DNA of 63,491 bases, the filler included, from Octopus bimaculoides (taxonomy: Eukaryota): the NCBI RefSeq assembly GCF_001194135.2. It is 5 parts of 4 records of this genome, joined end to end, with 100 filler letters (N's around TTAATTAATTAA, not from the genome) between each part and the next. Parts side by side here need not be neighbours in the genome. Positions count along the whole stretch, not along the records: positions 28,195 to 46,184 come from NC_068985.1; 4 more parts are not named here. The stretch is one strand, 5' to 3'. Shown here one piece after another: positions 28,500 to 41,560 of the stretch. The position numbers and the translations under genes are program-made. Below the pieces are notes generated by a model. That model was not told the origin of the DNA, ran no database searches, and saw only the letters and a program-made list of their open reading frames with translations. Position 1 is the stretch's first letter, and every line of letters begins with the position of its first letter.

Positions 28500-29243
28500 A
28501 GCAGAGGAGTGTTACTGCCAGTGAACCTCGCAACATTTCTCAGGCGGGAGACAAATGATGTGGTCGATGTTCTGTTTGAATAACTGAAGGTTAGTGTTTG
28601 AACGAAAGGAGAAAAACAAAAGACAAAAAAAAAACGGGTGCAGATGGAATTCTAGAGGAGTGTGTGGACGAAGAGCAGCGTCTGAAAGATAAGCTACAGA
28701 AAGAGTGACGGGTCAGGAAGCAAGGAAGATATGTTTAAATGAATGTTGAATGAATGTGAGATTATACACAGGGGATAATTTACAGAAGTAACGGTCATTA
28801 GGGTCGAGGCAGAATATGACGAGATGAAACAATGCGTCTGTTAGTAACTGATTGAAGCCTGTTGATGATGGACTCGTCGACAGTCAAAAGAATGGTTCAT
28901 TTGGATGAGGACTGCGATGTTTGTGTAGGAAGCAGCAACACCATCCTATACAGAATATTTGCACACCAGTATGGATTGAGATGACAGATTATCAGAGATT
29001 GTGAGACCCAGCTTTTGTAGCAACTTTTAGCTTATCTGTGTTAGACATAACCAAAGAGTGAAAAGGATGAAAGTGTAACCTTTATATGTATATTTGCTGA
29101 GGTTCCATGCCGGGAAAAGATGGAAAATGGTTATGTAGTCATCGAACCATATACGTTGTTAGTATGTGCAGTATAATACTCAGCCAGGCTGGGGTATGAC
29201 CTGTGCAGAGATATACAGATTGCTCTTATCACCACAACACTCC

Positions 29244-29250
<7 letters not shown>
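28500..29250 (-). mobile_element. Possible highly degenerate CR1/Jockey-type LINE 3' fragment
   Basis: Purine/pyrimidine skew and faint similarity of the minus-strand translation to the CR1 post-RT region; no intact motif. Confidence 0.3.
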
Positions 29251-29302
<52 letters not shown>

Positions 29303-29350
29303 NNNNNNNNNNNNNNNNNNNNNNNNNNNNNNNNNNNNNNNNNNNNNNNN

Positions 29351-29404
<54 letters not shown>

Positions 29405-29589
29405 CGAAATCTATCTCAATCTTAGCAATTATGCTATATATCTTGTCGTCTTCAAAAAGAACAACTTTTGGGTCTTTATTTTTAGTATTTCAAAGGTAAG
29501 TATGAACTCGTGAAAAATATCTTCCTTAATCTATCTTGCCGCAGTGGATCTTACTAAAATCTATAGATGTACAGAAACATTCTGAATAG

Positions 29590-31570
29590 ATATGAAAATT
29601 CATCATGTCCTGACTACCACACTACATCATATACGTTGGGTCTTTGCAAAAAATCTCGATATGGGTTTGGTATGTCTCTCGCGTGAGATGCGTAATAATA
29701 CACCTGCAAAACCAGAATGTTTTACCAGAAGAACAAAAGGGGTGCTGGAGATGGATGAATGGTTATAAAGGACTGTAAGAGGAGAAAAACAAACCTGAAC
29801 ATCACTTGGACTGATTACCAGAAAGCATTCGACAGTGTTCCACACTAGTAAAATGAAGTAACTCCAACACTACTAAAATATATGAAACATGCAATAGCAA
29901 ACTGGAAAACCAGTATAACATTGAAAAATGAATCACAGGTCATTAAAACCTGCCCTATATCCGTAAGAAGGGGGATTTTCCAGGGAGACTAGCTGTCGCC
30001 CCTGCTTTTCTGCTTTCCTCTGACCTCGCTAACCAACTTGTTAAATGAAACCACCATGGGTTATAGGTGCTATGGACAAACAATAAATTATCTTTTGTAC
30101 ATAGATTACTTAACAATTTTTCACTAAAAATACCACAGAACAGGATGAGCATGGGGCTGGACAAATGTGCCGAAGTGGCACTGAGAAGAGGCAAATTAAT
30201 CAGCACTGAAAATACTGCACTCGGCATAGACACAGAAATCAGAGAATTAGACCATAATCACTTATATAAATATCTAAGAGTAGGCGAAACAGACAAAATA
30301 CAACATACAGAAATGAAAGAGAAAATTAGAAGAGAGTATTACAGAAAAGTTAGACTAATATTATCAAACACTAAGCTCAATGCTAAGAATAAGATAAGAG
30401 ATAAAACGCAAGCCATACCAAATCATAAATTACAGCTTCAACATAATAAACTTGATGATCAGTGAATTGAAAAACTTAGAAAACTATAAACAGCATACTG
30501 AAGTCACCATCCCAAAGCAGATACAAACAGAATATATATACTCCACTCAGAAGGAGGCTGTGGCCTGATGTAGATAGAAAGCTATTATAAAATAACAACA
30601 GATGAACTAGAAAAGTACTTAGAAACAAAAGGACTGCTACATGTAAAAAAGCAACAACAGAAAAAGAAAACGCTTCCCTTTATACACAAGGAGGCGACAA
30701 AATACAAAAGAGAACAATCTACAGTGGTACTCTGACTTCAGATGGCAAAATAGCAGAAATGGTCAAAGAGACAAAAAACAACATGAAAACAGAACTACAA
30801 AACATACTAAAGAAGAAATGGAGCGAAAAATCATTCCGTGCAAGGCTTGACAGAGAAGTGTGCCTAAGTAAAAGCCAATAATGGCTCAAAAGCTGAAACG
30901 GAAGGAGTGATTCTCACTGCACAAGAAAAATGTCTGACTGCTAACAACAATAAAAGCAAAATAATGAAAACAGGCCCTAACACCAAATGCAGAATGTGCA
31001 ACCAGCACAATGAGACAGTTGACTACATCATCTCTGGCAGTCAAGTCCTTGGCAAATCTAAATATATATACAGACACGACCGAGTAAGTAATTATATTCA
31101 CTGGACAATGTGTCTACACTACAACATATAAACTGGCAATAAATTGTATAAATATGTGCCAAATAAGGTACAAGACCACGACCGGGCCACGATCATCTGG
31201 GATAAGCTTGTTCAAGCCAACAAAGAAATAAAAGCTAATCCTCCAGACATAATAATCAAAGATTGGAAAAAGAAAAAAAAAAAGCACCTGCTTACTAATA
31301 GACATTGCAGTCTCTTTTGACCAAAATATTGTCCAAAAATAAGTGTAAGAATTGTCAAAGTACAAAGACCTCGAAATTGAAATATTCAAAATGTGGGGCA
31401 CGAAGGTGAAAACAATGCCAGTAATAATTGGAGCACTGGACATGATAAAACAAAAAAAAAAACATATGAACAAAAACATAGAAGCTATATCTGGATCCTC
31501 AACACTACACACTATCCAAAAAAATAGCCCTGCTAGGAACAGCCAACATCATAAACAAAACACTATCAAT
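29590..31570 (+). mobile_element. Dong/R4-like LINE from RT to RLE, frameshifted
   Basis: WTDYQKAFDSVPH (~29807), KGIFQGD*LSPLL (~29968), GLDKCA...YKYL, TKCRMCNQHNETVDYIISG...RHDRVSNYIHW, SKYKDLEIEIFKMW...IPVIIGAL. Confidence 0.88.
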
Positions 31571-31841
31571 TCAATAATACACCCTAAACAAAACAATTCA
31601 GAAACACAAGACACTCTCTATATAACAATATCCAGCAGGCCGGTTACCCAACGCATTACACACACAACACAAACATTAATACAACAAAAGACTGCACAAT
31701 GCTTCACACACCCTAGCAACATGGAGGTGTAGCAAGTCATGCAGTAGAAAGTTGCCTGAAACTAACAAATGTTGAATAATAATAATAATAATAATAATAA
31801 TGATAATAATAATAACAATAATAATAATAATAATAATAATA

Positions 31842-32359
31842 GGCTGCCCAGTCCTGGCTAAGACGGAATATATTCACAGACACGACAGAGCTGGGACCTA
31901 TATACACTGGAAGCTATGCCAACACTATGGAATAACAACAGAAAAAAGATGGTATAAACACACGCCAGAAAAGGTCACAGAAAACGAGAAAGCAACCATA
32001 CTCTGGGATATGCCAATACACACAGATAGAGAAATAAAGGCCAATAGACCAGATATAGTTGTCAAAGATCATGAAGAAAANNNNNNNNNNNNNNNNNNNN
32101 NNNNNNNNNNNNNNNNNNNNNNNNGTAGGTGCCTTAAGTATAATAAAAAAATATTCAGACAAATACATAACAAAAACACCAGGACTTACAAATATATATA
32201 ACATACAGAAAATTGCACTACTGGGTACTGCACACATTCTACGCAAAACACTTTCAATACAGTAACCATAAGAGCATCACAGCAAACCACAGCACATGCC
32301 CAAGGCACACAGAGCTGCGCTCGGTAGTGAAGTGAAAGCACGTTATAAAAATAAAACTA

Positions 32360-32362
<3 letters not shown>
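31842..32362 (+). mobile_element. Young 5'-truncated Dong/R4-like LINE (RLE domain plus 3' UTR) flanked by (AAT)n on both sides
   Basis: GCPVLAKTEYIHRHDRAGTYIHWKLC...ILWDMPIHTDREIKANRPDIVVKD...IQKIALLGTAHILRKTLSIQ*. Confidence 0.9.
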
Positions 32363-32449
<87 letters not shown>

Positions 32450-32450
<1 letters not shown>

Positions 32451-32930
32451 ATAATGGGCATGACGTGGATCAACCATAAGAAAGCGTATGACATGATCCC
32501 CCGTTCCTGGGTTTTATAAAGTCTTGAGCTGGTACAGGTGGCTGATAACATCAAATTTTACTGAGATCAATGAAAAACTGGAATACAGAGTTAACTTCAT
32601 GTGGAAAATGTTTGGTGATGGTTAACATCAAGAAAGGCATATTTCAAGGAGATAGTCTATCACTGTTGCTGTTTGTGATTTGTATGATGCTCCTCACATA
32701 TACACTACAGAAAGTGACATCAGGGTACACCTTGAAAAGTGGAGGAAAATAAAATCATCTGTTATATGTGGATGACTTAAAAATCTTTGAAAAGACCGAT
32801 CATGAAATAAATGGCCTGGATTCAATAGTGCGGATATTCAATAAGGGTATGGAAATGGAATTTGAAACTAAAAAGTGTGGTATGCTTATAATACAAAAAG
32901 GCAACGTAGATCTATGTATAACAAAACGAA
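32450..32930 (+). mobile_element. Dong/R4-like LINE RT core fragment
   Basis: WINHKKAYDMIPRSW, KGIFQGDSLSLLLF, HLLYVDDLKIF. Confidence 0.8.
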
Positions 32931-33436
32931 TAATTGTGAGTAGGTCATGCAGTCTCTAAAATTATACGCTAAGCACGCACACGAACATTCCTCGTCCTGC
33001 TTCCTTCCAGTCCGTTGCTTCACAGCGTTCAATATACACATATTTTTTCATGTCTGGCCGTATAGACTTTTCTGTTTATTTCACTATTTCGTTTTCCTGT
33101 CTTGTCTTCTGTCCGCCACTACATTCCTCCATGGTACAAATTTAATTTGTGGTCCGTGGGAAGAGCCATTTTAACGATGCGTCCTGCCCTAACTCTTCGA
33201 AACGCCAGTGTTAGAATGGAGGCAGCTGATGAAGGAAATGTTCTCTATGTGGCCTGTGTGTTCTCTGAACTCTGTTTATCATTTGTCTACGTTTTGTTTG
33301 CAACGTCCTGTACCCAGATATGCATCTATATATACAGGTAGATGTAGGTATGTACATACTTGTACGTATATATGCATATACTCATTTATTATTTGTATTA
33401 TATATATATATATATATATAATTTATATATTATATA

Positions 33437-34630
33437 TGTAAGAACGACCGTGCGAACCCAAAAGGAGAAATGGTGACGAATGGAAAAACAGGACTCCCTT
33501 TATTTAGAACGCGTCACACGGTCGAACACAAAAAATTATATCAAAGATGATATATAAATGTTATACTTCGATAACATAGTGATTTAGTAAATACCAGTAA
33601 TGAAGACGATAGAACACAACCGTATGAGATGAATAACAGAAATATTTATTGCGACATTATAATGTATGTCTGTGGGTGAGTGTGAATGCGACATAATGAA
33701 AACATAATAAAAGACAAACCGTCGTATAAAGAAAAGAGTGTGTGTAAGTGATACATGTATGTGTATGCGTGAGATACAGCAGATAGAAAGAGTCAGTAAC
33801 ACGTGTGAGCATTTGCCGGTTTGTTGAGTACACAATAGGAAGAGTCTGTATGTAAGAAGTTGAGGCGTGTGTGTGGCAATGCGATCACTCGTTGTGATGT
33901 TAGGGCTTCCATGCCGGGCCGGGTTCTTGTTATACAGATGTTCGTCACAGGCTAGGTTCTTGTCTGTTATTTATCGTGGTGAAGATGAATCACCAAACAG
34001 AATCGAAGAGAGATGTGCCGCGGTAGTTAGGTTAGTTGGTGTACGTAGAAATCATGTTGATGATATTGGCGACGTCGGTGGTGAATCTTGTAGTTCGTAG
34101 TGTCGTGTTGACTGGCGGCGATGCTGGTAGTAGTCGTAGAGTCGTGTTGCTGGCGGCGGCGATGCTGGTAGTCGTAGTTGGACGAAGCTGTGCTTGTTGT
34201 CGCTGGAGCTGCTGCTGCTGATCTGTGTGGTACACGGAGCAGTCTCTAAGAGAACTGAACCGAGACGAATTTTGCCGCTGAATTTAGGCTATTTATAGTT
34301 GATGGCAGGCTCCCAAAGGCATCAGAAAAATACTCTATCACGTGACCTTATTAGGGGCCACGGTTGGTCAGTTTGCGTTCTAGCGGGAACGGTACGAAGC
34401 AGTTGCCGCTTCAAATAATAATTAGTCACGTGANNNNNNNNNNGTTTGCGTTCTAGCGGGAACGGTACGAAGCAGTTGCCGCTTCAAATAATAATTAGTC
34501 ACGTGATGACAGGGAAAGATGTTTTCTACTACGCCCGCGCTTGTTTATATATAATAGTGAGAAGATGGTTTGTTTGTATATAATGGCGATAGTAGTTTTG
34601 TATATAATGGCGATAGGTAGTTTCACTACA
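33437..34630 (-). mobile_element. Solo LTR (~1.19 kb)
   Basis: Bounded by TG...CA (tgtaag / cactaca) with TATA(TA) on both flanks. On the minus strand: TATA box (ctatttatag at 34289-34298) and AATAAA (ctttatt at 33498-33504) about 60 bp from the end. No coding capacity. Confidence 0.7.
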
Positions 34631-34680
34631 TATATATTTATATATTATATTTATATATTATAAAATATATAAATATATGT

Positions 34681-35024
34681 GGAGGCGCAATGGCCCAGTG
34701 GTTAGGGCAGCGGACTCGCGATCATAGGATCGCGGTTTCGATTCCAAGACTAGGTGTTGTGAGTGTTTATCGAGCGAAAACACCTAAAGCTCCACGAGGC
34801 TCCGGCAAGGGATGGTGGCAAACCCTGCTGTACTCTTTCACCATAACTTTCTCTCACTCTTACTTCCTGTTGTGCCTGTAATTCAAAGGGTCAGCCTTGT
34901 CACACTGTGTCACGCTGAATATCCCCGAGAACTACGTTAAGGGTACACGTTAATTTCACGAGCAGGCTGTTCCGTTGGTCGGATCAATTGGAACCCTCGA
35001 CGTCGTAAGCGACGGAATGCCAAC
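34681..35024 (+). mobile_element. Full-length tRNA-derived SINE family D
   Basis: A box tggcccagtgg and B box ggtttcgattcc, followed by a ~270-bp non-tRNA body; flanked by AT microsatellite. Confidence 0.8.
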
Positions 35025-35465
35025 ATAAATATATATGTATATATACATACATATATGTATATATGGGTACAGGACGTATATGCATATATGGGTACAGGAC
35101 GTCATAAAACGTAAAGAACATGAAATATGAAATACGAAAACATGGAATACGAACTTTTGGCTTAGCAACCTTTACTATTTGTTTTCACTGTCCTGTTTTT
35201 GTTACCAACGTTGACATCCGCAAATCCCAAATTATATTTTACTTTGCGGGAGCAACTGTTTTCTCGAAGACACATCTTGTAATTGCTCGAGTTTGACCTC
35301 AGAACGTAAAGACGGACGAAATGTCATTAATCATTTTTCCCGGCGTGCTAACGATTCTGCCAGCTCGCTGCCTTAAAACATTAATTAATTATTCTTTTTA
35401 AATCTGTTTTAGAAATTTACATGATGGGGTTCGATAACATCAACTACTACATGACGAGGTTAATG

Positions 35466-35553
<88 letters not shown>

Positions 35554-36339
35554 AAGAAATTTGCCGACTCTTGCTGTAGACCAGAGCTTCTCAACCATCT
35601 TTTGCCTATCGACCCCTTTGATTCCTATTTAACTCGGATGGATCCTCCTAGCCATTTGATATTTTAAAAAAGCCACATCGTATTTTTATAATTAAATATT
35701 ATTAGGAATTGTATTAAAAAATTGTTAAAATATTTTATGCGTTGTAAAAGTATAAACATGTATTGCAGATAAATTTTAACGACAAAATCTTCTATGGACT
35801 CCCAAGAGCCATATAGACCCCTGTTGAGAACCACTACTGTAGACGAAGGTGTGCTTTATTTAAAGAAGAGGGCGACCAATTTGGTTACCGCACAGGACGG
35901 CCATGCTACATCATTAGTAAGGTAAGGTAAAACAGATTACTAGGCATTTTATATCAACTGCCATCATAAAGCACTTGAACACTTGGAATATAAAATTTTC
36001 CGTTTCCGTACATTGTCCACATACATTGAAAACTGTAGTTGCCTCACTGTGGGAGAGACTTTGATCTCATTTGTTTCTTGTGATCCTCTCTTTATACAAA
36101 CACAGAATATATACATCTCCACCTCTTGTACTATTCACCAAGCAGTACTATTATAATTTTATATGAAACGACATTAAAACAAACAAAACAAACATATGGA
36201 ATTAATATCTCAAAGTAGTGCCAAGAAATATTTTACAGTGAGTGTAGCATAGTTTATTCTCGTATAAAATTTCGTCACTCACGGCTTCCATATTTTTTAA
36301 TTGAATGCAGTAGTATTTGTTATATAGTAGGAAACAGCT

Positions 36340-36900
36340 ATTTCGTGTTGCGATCAGAGTCAGAGTCCAAACAGTGTCATCTCTTTGTAGAGACAAACGC
36401 ATGGGATTTCCCAATCAAAACAGATCCGGTGCTAGAGCATAACAGACCGGACCCAGTGGTGGTGGACAAGATGTACCACATGTACTATATAGTTGGTGTT
36501 GCGTGCCCCTTTGTCCCACGAATTGTCAAGAAGTAAAGCGAAAAAATAGATGTATACAATGCTCTTTAAGTACGAAATGAAAAATGAAGAATGTGAAGAT
36601 AATGCCAATTATTGTTGGGCCTTTGGGACCAGTGTCAGAAAGCATCAAGAGGAATATAAGGGAAATCGGAATAGAGTGCCCAGTAGAACCGTAGGCACGG
36701 CCAAAATAACCAGGAAAGTATTAGATAGCTGAAAAGAACAGTAGTATGGTACCGTAGGCTGTAGGCAGCAAGTCCACTACGCATGCAAAACTAAAAGACT
36801 TACAACAAAACCTGAGATCAAACCAATAAAATATCTATTGCAATCGCATCGCGTTCTTCGTATTTTCTATTTACCTTCCTGAAGAGCTACATCAATCCTT
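36340..36900 (+). mobile_element. Degenerate Dong/R4-like LINE 3' end
   Basis: WDFPIKTDPVLEHNRPDPVVVDK...ACPF...GTAKITRKVLDS*, then a 3' UTR ending in (TAC)n(TAA)n. Confidence 0.75.
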
Positions 36901-37574
36901 TTATACTACTACTACTACTACTAATAATAATAATAATAATGATAATGATATATACAACCTAAACAAAACAACCCACAAATACAAGACACTCTATACAGCA
37001 TTTACCCAGTGAAATAAACTTCTACCAGCAAGCCAAATAACTAAAGCTTTACACACTCAACACATAATATAAGCATGGTACCGTTCTCTAATACCGAGAG
37101 GAATACAACAAAAAAACTGACCCACATCTCAAGAGGTGAAAACAACTACATCAATATAGTACCGGGAAGAGTTTGCACACTCCCAACATTAGAAAAGAAC
37201 ACAATGCTGCACACACTCCAACAACACTGAAGTGCAGCAGGTGACGCAGTAGACATTTACTACAATCTACCAAATATTGAACAGTTATAAAACATCAATA
37301 CGTCACACTGAAAAACAATCGAGGATGGTATGAGGTGAGGTGGTCATGAGATGTGCTAAAAATAACAGCTAAATAATCATTAAATCACGCAACAACTGCC
37401 TTTTTATTCTGATTTTACATAGTCATATGAATTCCTGTGTGTTACAAATTCGCAAAACTTTTCTGTAAATTCTTTAAAATGAAAAAGTTATGAAGGGTTA
37501 TATGCCGTACGTAAAGCAGAATTCTGTCAATAATAATAATAATAATAATAATATTAATAATAATAATAATAATC

Positions 37575-37790
37575 ATAATCTTTTCTACTATAGGCACAAG
37601 ACCTGAAATTTGTGGGAGGGGTATAATCGATTTCATCGACCCCAGTGTTCAAATGGGACTTAATTTATCGGCCCCGAAAGGATGAAAGGCAAAGTCGACC
37701 TCGGTGGAATTTGAACTCAGAACCTAGTAATAGGCGAAATACCACTAAACATTTCGTCCTGCGTGTTAACGATTCTGTCTACTCGCCACC

Positions 37791-37855
<65 letters not shown>

Positions 37856-37904
37856 CATAATTAATTCGTTTTATTGGCTACAAGGGCTAATATCAATTAA
37901 AAAC

Positions 37905-37956
<52 letters not shown>

Positions 37957-38090
37957 TCTACTGAAGGCACAAGGCTTTGAAATTTTCGAGGAGGGGACTA
38001 GTCGATTGCATCGACCCCAGTGTCATCGACCCCAAAAGGATGAAAGGTACAGTCGACCTTGGCGGAATTTGAACTCAGAACGTAGTGAAT
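37575..38090 (-). mobile_element. Two SINE family A copies embedded in (AAT)n
   Basis: Reverse-complement core gatgaaaggcaaagtcgacctcggtggaatttgaactcagaac at ~37680-37725 and ~38040-38082. Confidence 0.85.
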
Positions 38091-38098
38091 ATTAATAA

Positions 38099-38551
38099 TG
38101 GTAGAGATGGACTATATGTAATCTGAACCTTTCCCCCACTTATTTATAAATTTTTTTACGGAATCCCACGTTTTAGGCTATGGAGATTCCGATTCTGAAA
38201 AAAAAATTTTTGAAAAATTTCAATCCCCCCCCACCAAGCAGGCTATTTACATGCTAGAAATAACAGCCAAATCTCACAAAACTAGTGTTAGGGTTAGGTT
38301 TAGGTTTAGGGTTAGGNNNNNNNNNNNNNNNNNNNNNNNNNNNNNNNNNNNNNNNNNNNNNNNNNNNNNNNNNNNNNNNNNNNNNNNNNNNNNNNNNNNN
38401 NNNNNNNNNNNNAAAATTTTGAAATTGAGATTTTGGAAAATTTTTTTCAGAATCGGAATCTCCATAGCCTAAAACGTGGGATTCCGTAAAAAAAAACAAA
38501 ATTTAAAAGGGGGGGGGGTATACCCAGATTACATATACTCCATCTCCACCA
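38099..38551. mobile_element. Foldback / MITE-like element with ~130-bp terminal inverted repeats and internal telomere-like repeats
   Basis: Arms 38099-38225 and 38413-38551 (tttacggaatcccacgttttaggctatggagattccgattctgaaaaaaa is exactly inverted). Possible TAA target duplication; ttagggttaggtttaggtttagggttagg at 38288-38316. Confidence 0.8.
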
Positions 38552-40595
38552 TAATAATAATAACAACAATAACAATAATAATGATAATCCTTTCTACTAA
38601 AGGCACAAGGCCTGAAAACCCGTAAGATTGAAAGGTAAGTCATTAATAATAATAATAATAAGTGATAATAATGATAATTTCTTTTATTTGCCACAAGACG
38701 ATAGTGATGGGTCCTCTTGGTACAGAATGATCTCTAGGGATAATCAAGGAACCTCAACAGCCAAAATTTCCCTGAATACCAAGGACAAGACCCCTCTCCA
38801 ACGACTCACAAGTCTACACTTAGAGAGCGGTACCATTCTTATTTAGGGACAAGGCCAGCAAATTTACATCGACTCCAGTGCTCAACTGATACTTATTTTA
38901 TAGGTCCCCAAAAGAGCGAAAGGTAAAATCGATCTNNNNNNNNNNNNNNNNNNNNNNNNNNNNNNNNNNNNNNNNNNNNNNNNNNNNNNNNNNNNNNNNN
39001 NNNNNNNNNNNNNNNNNNNNNNNNNNNNNNNNNNNNNNNNNNNNNNNNNNNNNNNNNNNNNNNNNNNNNNNNNNNNNNNNNNNNNNNNNNNNNNNNNNNN
39101 NNNNNNNNNNNNNNNNNNNNNNNNNNNNNNNNNNNNNNNNNNNNNNNNNNNNNNNNNNNNNNNNNNNNNNNNNNNNNNNNNNNNNNNNNNNNNNNNNNNN
39201 NNNNNNNNNNNNNNNNNNNNNNNNNNNNNNNNNNNNNNNNNNNNNNNNNNNNNNNNNNNNNNNNNNNNNNNNNNNNNNNNNNNNNNNNNNNNNNNNNNNN
39301 NNNNNNNNNNNNNNNNNNNNNNNNNNNNNNNNNNNNNNNNNNNNNNNNNNNNNNNNNNNNNNNNNNNNNNNNNNNNNNNNNNNNNNNNNNNNNNNNNNNN
39401 NNNNNNNNNNNNNNNNNNNNNNNNNNNNNNNNNNNNNNNNNNNNNNNNNNNNNNNNNNNNNNNNNNNNNNNNNNNNNNNNNNNNNNNNNNNNNNNNNNNN
39501 NNNNNNNNNNNNNNNNNNNNNNNNNNNNNNNNNNNNNNNNNNNNNNNNNNNNNNNNNNNNNNNNNNNNNNNNNNNNNNNNNNNNNNNNNNNNNNNNNNNN
39601 NNNNNNNNNNNNNNNNNNNNNNNNNNNNNNNNNNNNNNNNNNNNNNNNNNNNNNNNNNNNNNNNNNNNNNNNNNNNNNNNAAGAAAAAGAGAAAGTAATA
39701 CTAAGATAGAAAAACTCAATGCATGAAACTGAGAAATAATAATAAATTTAAAGAATTAAATTATTATTAAAATTTAAGTGAGGAGAGAAACTTAAATTTA
39801 AGTGGTTCTATTTTTAAAATTAAAAAAAAAAATCTTTTCTTATAAGCAATGATGATAAAATAGAATCAATCTTAGGAGGATGCAAAGGAACATAGATAAA
39901 TAAAGTAAAAACATTTAATCCAGCATTCTACTGTTTCTATTCTCAGATCCATTACACATTATCCGAATGAAACACACACACACGTACGTACGTACGTACG
40001 TACGTATGTATGTATGTATGTATGTATGTAGAGAATTATAATAACTTAGCTTAAAGTTTAGTCGTATATCAGAAATAATGAGAGCCATCGGTGGCGTAGT
40101 TATTGTTGCTGCAACTATACATATAAACATAAATATATGTATATATCTGTGTGAGTACGTACATAATTATGCATGTATATACATACTCGACATAGATATC
40201 AAAAATACGCGTTTTACATTGACAATGCTAAATAAAATTAAGATGATGATGATTTTGACGATGATGATGATGATAACTTAGTTAATTAGTTACTTAATGT
40301 TACCATAGTGTTATTCAAGTGAATGAATTTGGGCAGCAAGAAAGAAGCCAGGATATGAAATACTAAACAAATATCGTATTACTAACTTATATATATATGT
40401 ATATATATATATATGTATGTATGTATATATGTATGTATATGTGCATATGATATATGTATGTATGTCAGTTTTATTTCAAGATTTCTTGCCGATAGAGAAA
40501 GGACCGGTTTCTAATCTAGATCCAAGTTTTCTTCATTGGAACTTCAGCAACATCAACAGCTTATTTTTGTCTGTCTGTCTGTCTGTCTGTGTGTA

Positions 40596-40626
<31 letters not shown>

Positions 40627-40696
40627 ATGTATGCATGCATGTAAGTATGTATGCATGTATGTATATGTACAAATGTGTATGTTTTGTTTTATGAGA

Positions 40697-41179
40697 GCTA
40701 TTTTAACGTGTGATCTACAAAGGAGATTACTTCAGGTTACTTTTTAAATTATGTTGTACATAGCATTGTAAATGTATTTTTTCAAAATGCTTGCTATTTT
40801 AATAAGAAGAGGACCATATAATAATTAGAATAAGCGCGTAGATCACCCACCAAAGTAAATTTTCTCACGCAGATCACACGGAAAGTAGCACTAACACAAA
40901 GTAAACTAAAAAGTAACCTAAAGTAATCACGCTTTAAATTGTAGATCACAGCAAAGTGGTACCTTTCTTTTTCTTAAAAAATGATGTGAATATACTGTTA
41001 ATTTCTTGTAAAAAATGCAACTGCTTTCTGGTTTCTTGTACAAATGCAACTGCCTTTGTCTCGTCGCTGATCACATTGTAAAAATCTTTAGCCAACATCT
41101 TACGGGATTTTAGAAATTGAAAATTAAACTAAAATGTAACCTAAAGTAATCTCCTTTGTAGATCACACGCCAAAGTAGC
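40697..41179. mobile_element. MITE-like element with 44-bp TIRs and subterminal repeats
   Basis: gctattttaacgtgtgatctacaaaggagattacttcaggttac versus its reverse complement at 41136-41179; internal copies of gtagatcac...aaagta at ~40838, ~40870 and ~40941. Confidence 0.7.
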
Positions 41180-41234
41180 ACCGTCTTTATGTATATATTC
41201 TCAGGCATAGAATTACATATTTAGACATGCTCAT

Positions 41235-41560
41235 ATATACTTAAATGATAGACTTCTGGAAAGTTTTACAGATTTTTACTGTTCCAGTGATGGCTTGGAT
41301 CTGTGGTCTTCGAATCAGCTTTGTCCTTTCTGGTTTTGAGAAACCGAATTTCTCAAGACTGGTATATAGGCAGTGTGTTATATATCATAGTGTCCCAATA
41401 TTTATAGGTTTAAGCCTGAACTTGCAATCTGGGTAGAGTAGCAGTACATTCTTCAATAAATCAACGTAGGTATTTTCTTTTTCGATGATTTTTAGCTTTA
41501 TGCTAACATCCATGATTTCCATAACTGCACACAGTTTCTCTTTATCCAAATTACTATGCC
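41235..41560 (-). mobile_element. Degenerate LINE C-terminus (RLE type)
   Basis: Minus-strand frame ending LEKFGFSKPERTKLIRRPQIQAITGTVKICKTFQKSII*, resembling the R4/Dong terminal motif. Confidence 0.45.

Noticed and set aside
34681-34755. tRNA-like sequences (also 43808, 50960-51052, SINE A and B heads)
   Set aside because: A and B boxes are present, but there is no clean acceptor stem or cloverleaf and they continue into SINE bodies; not tRNA genes.
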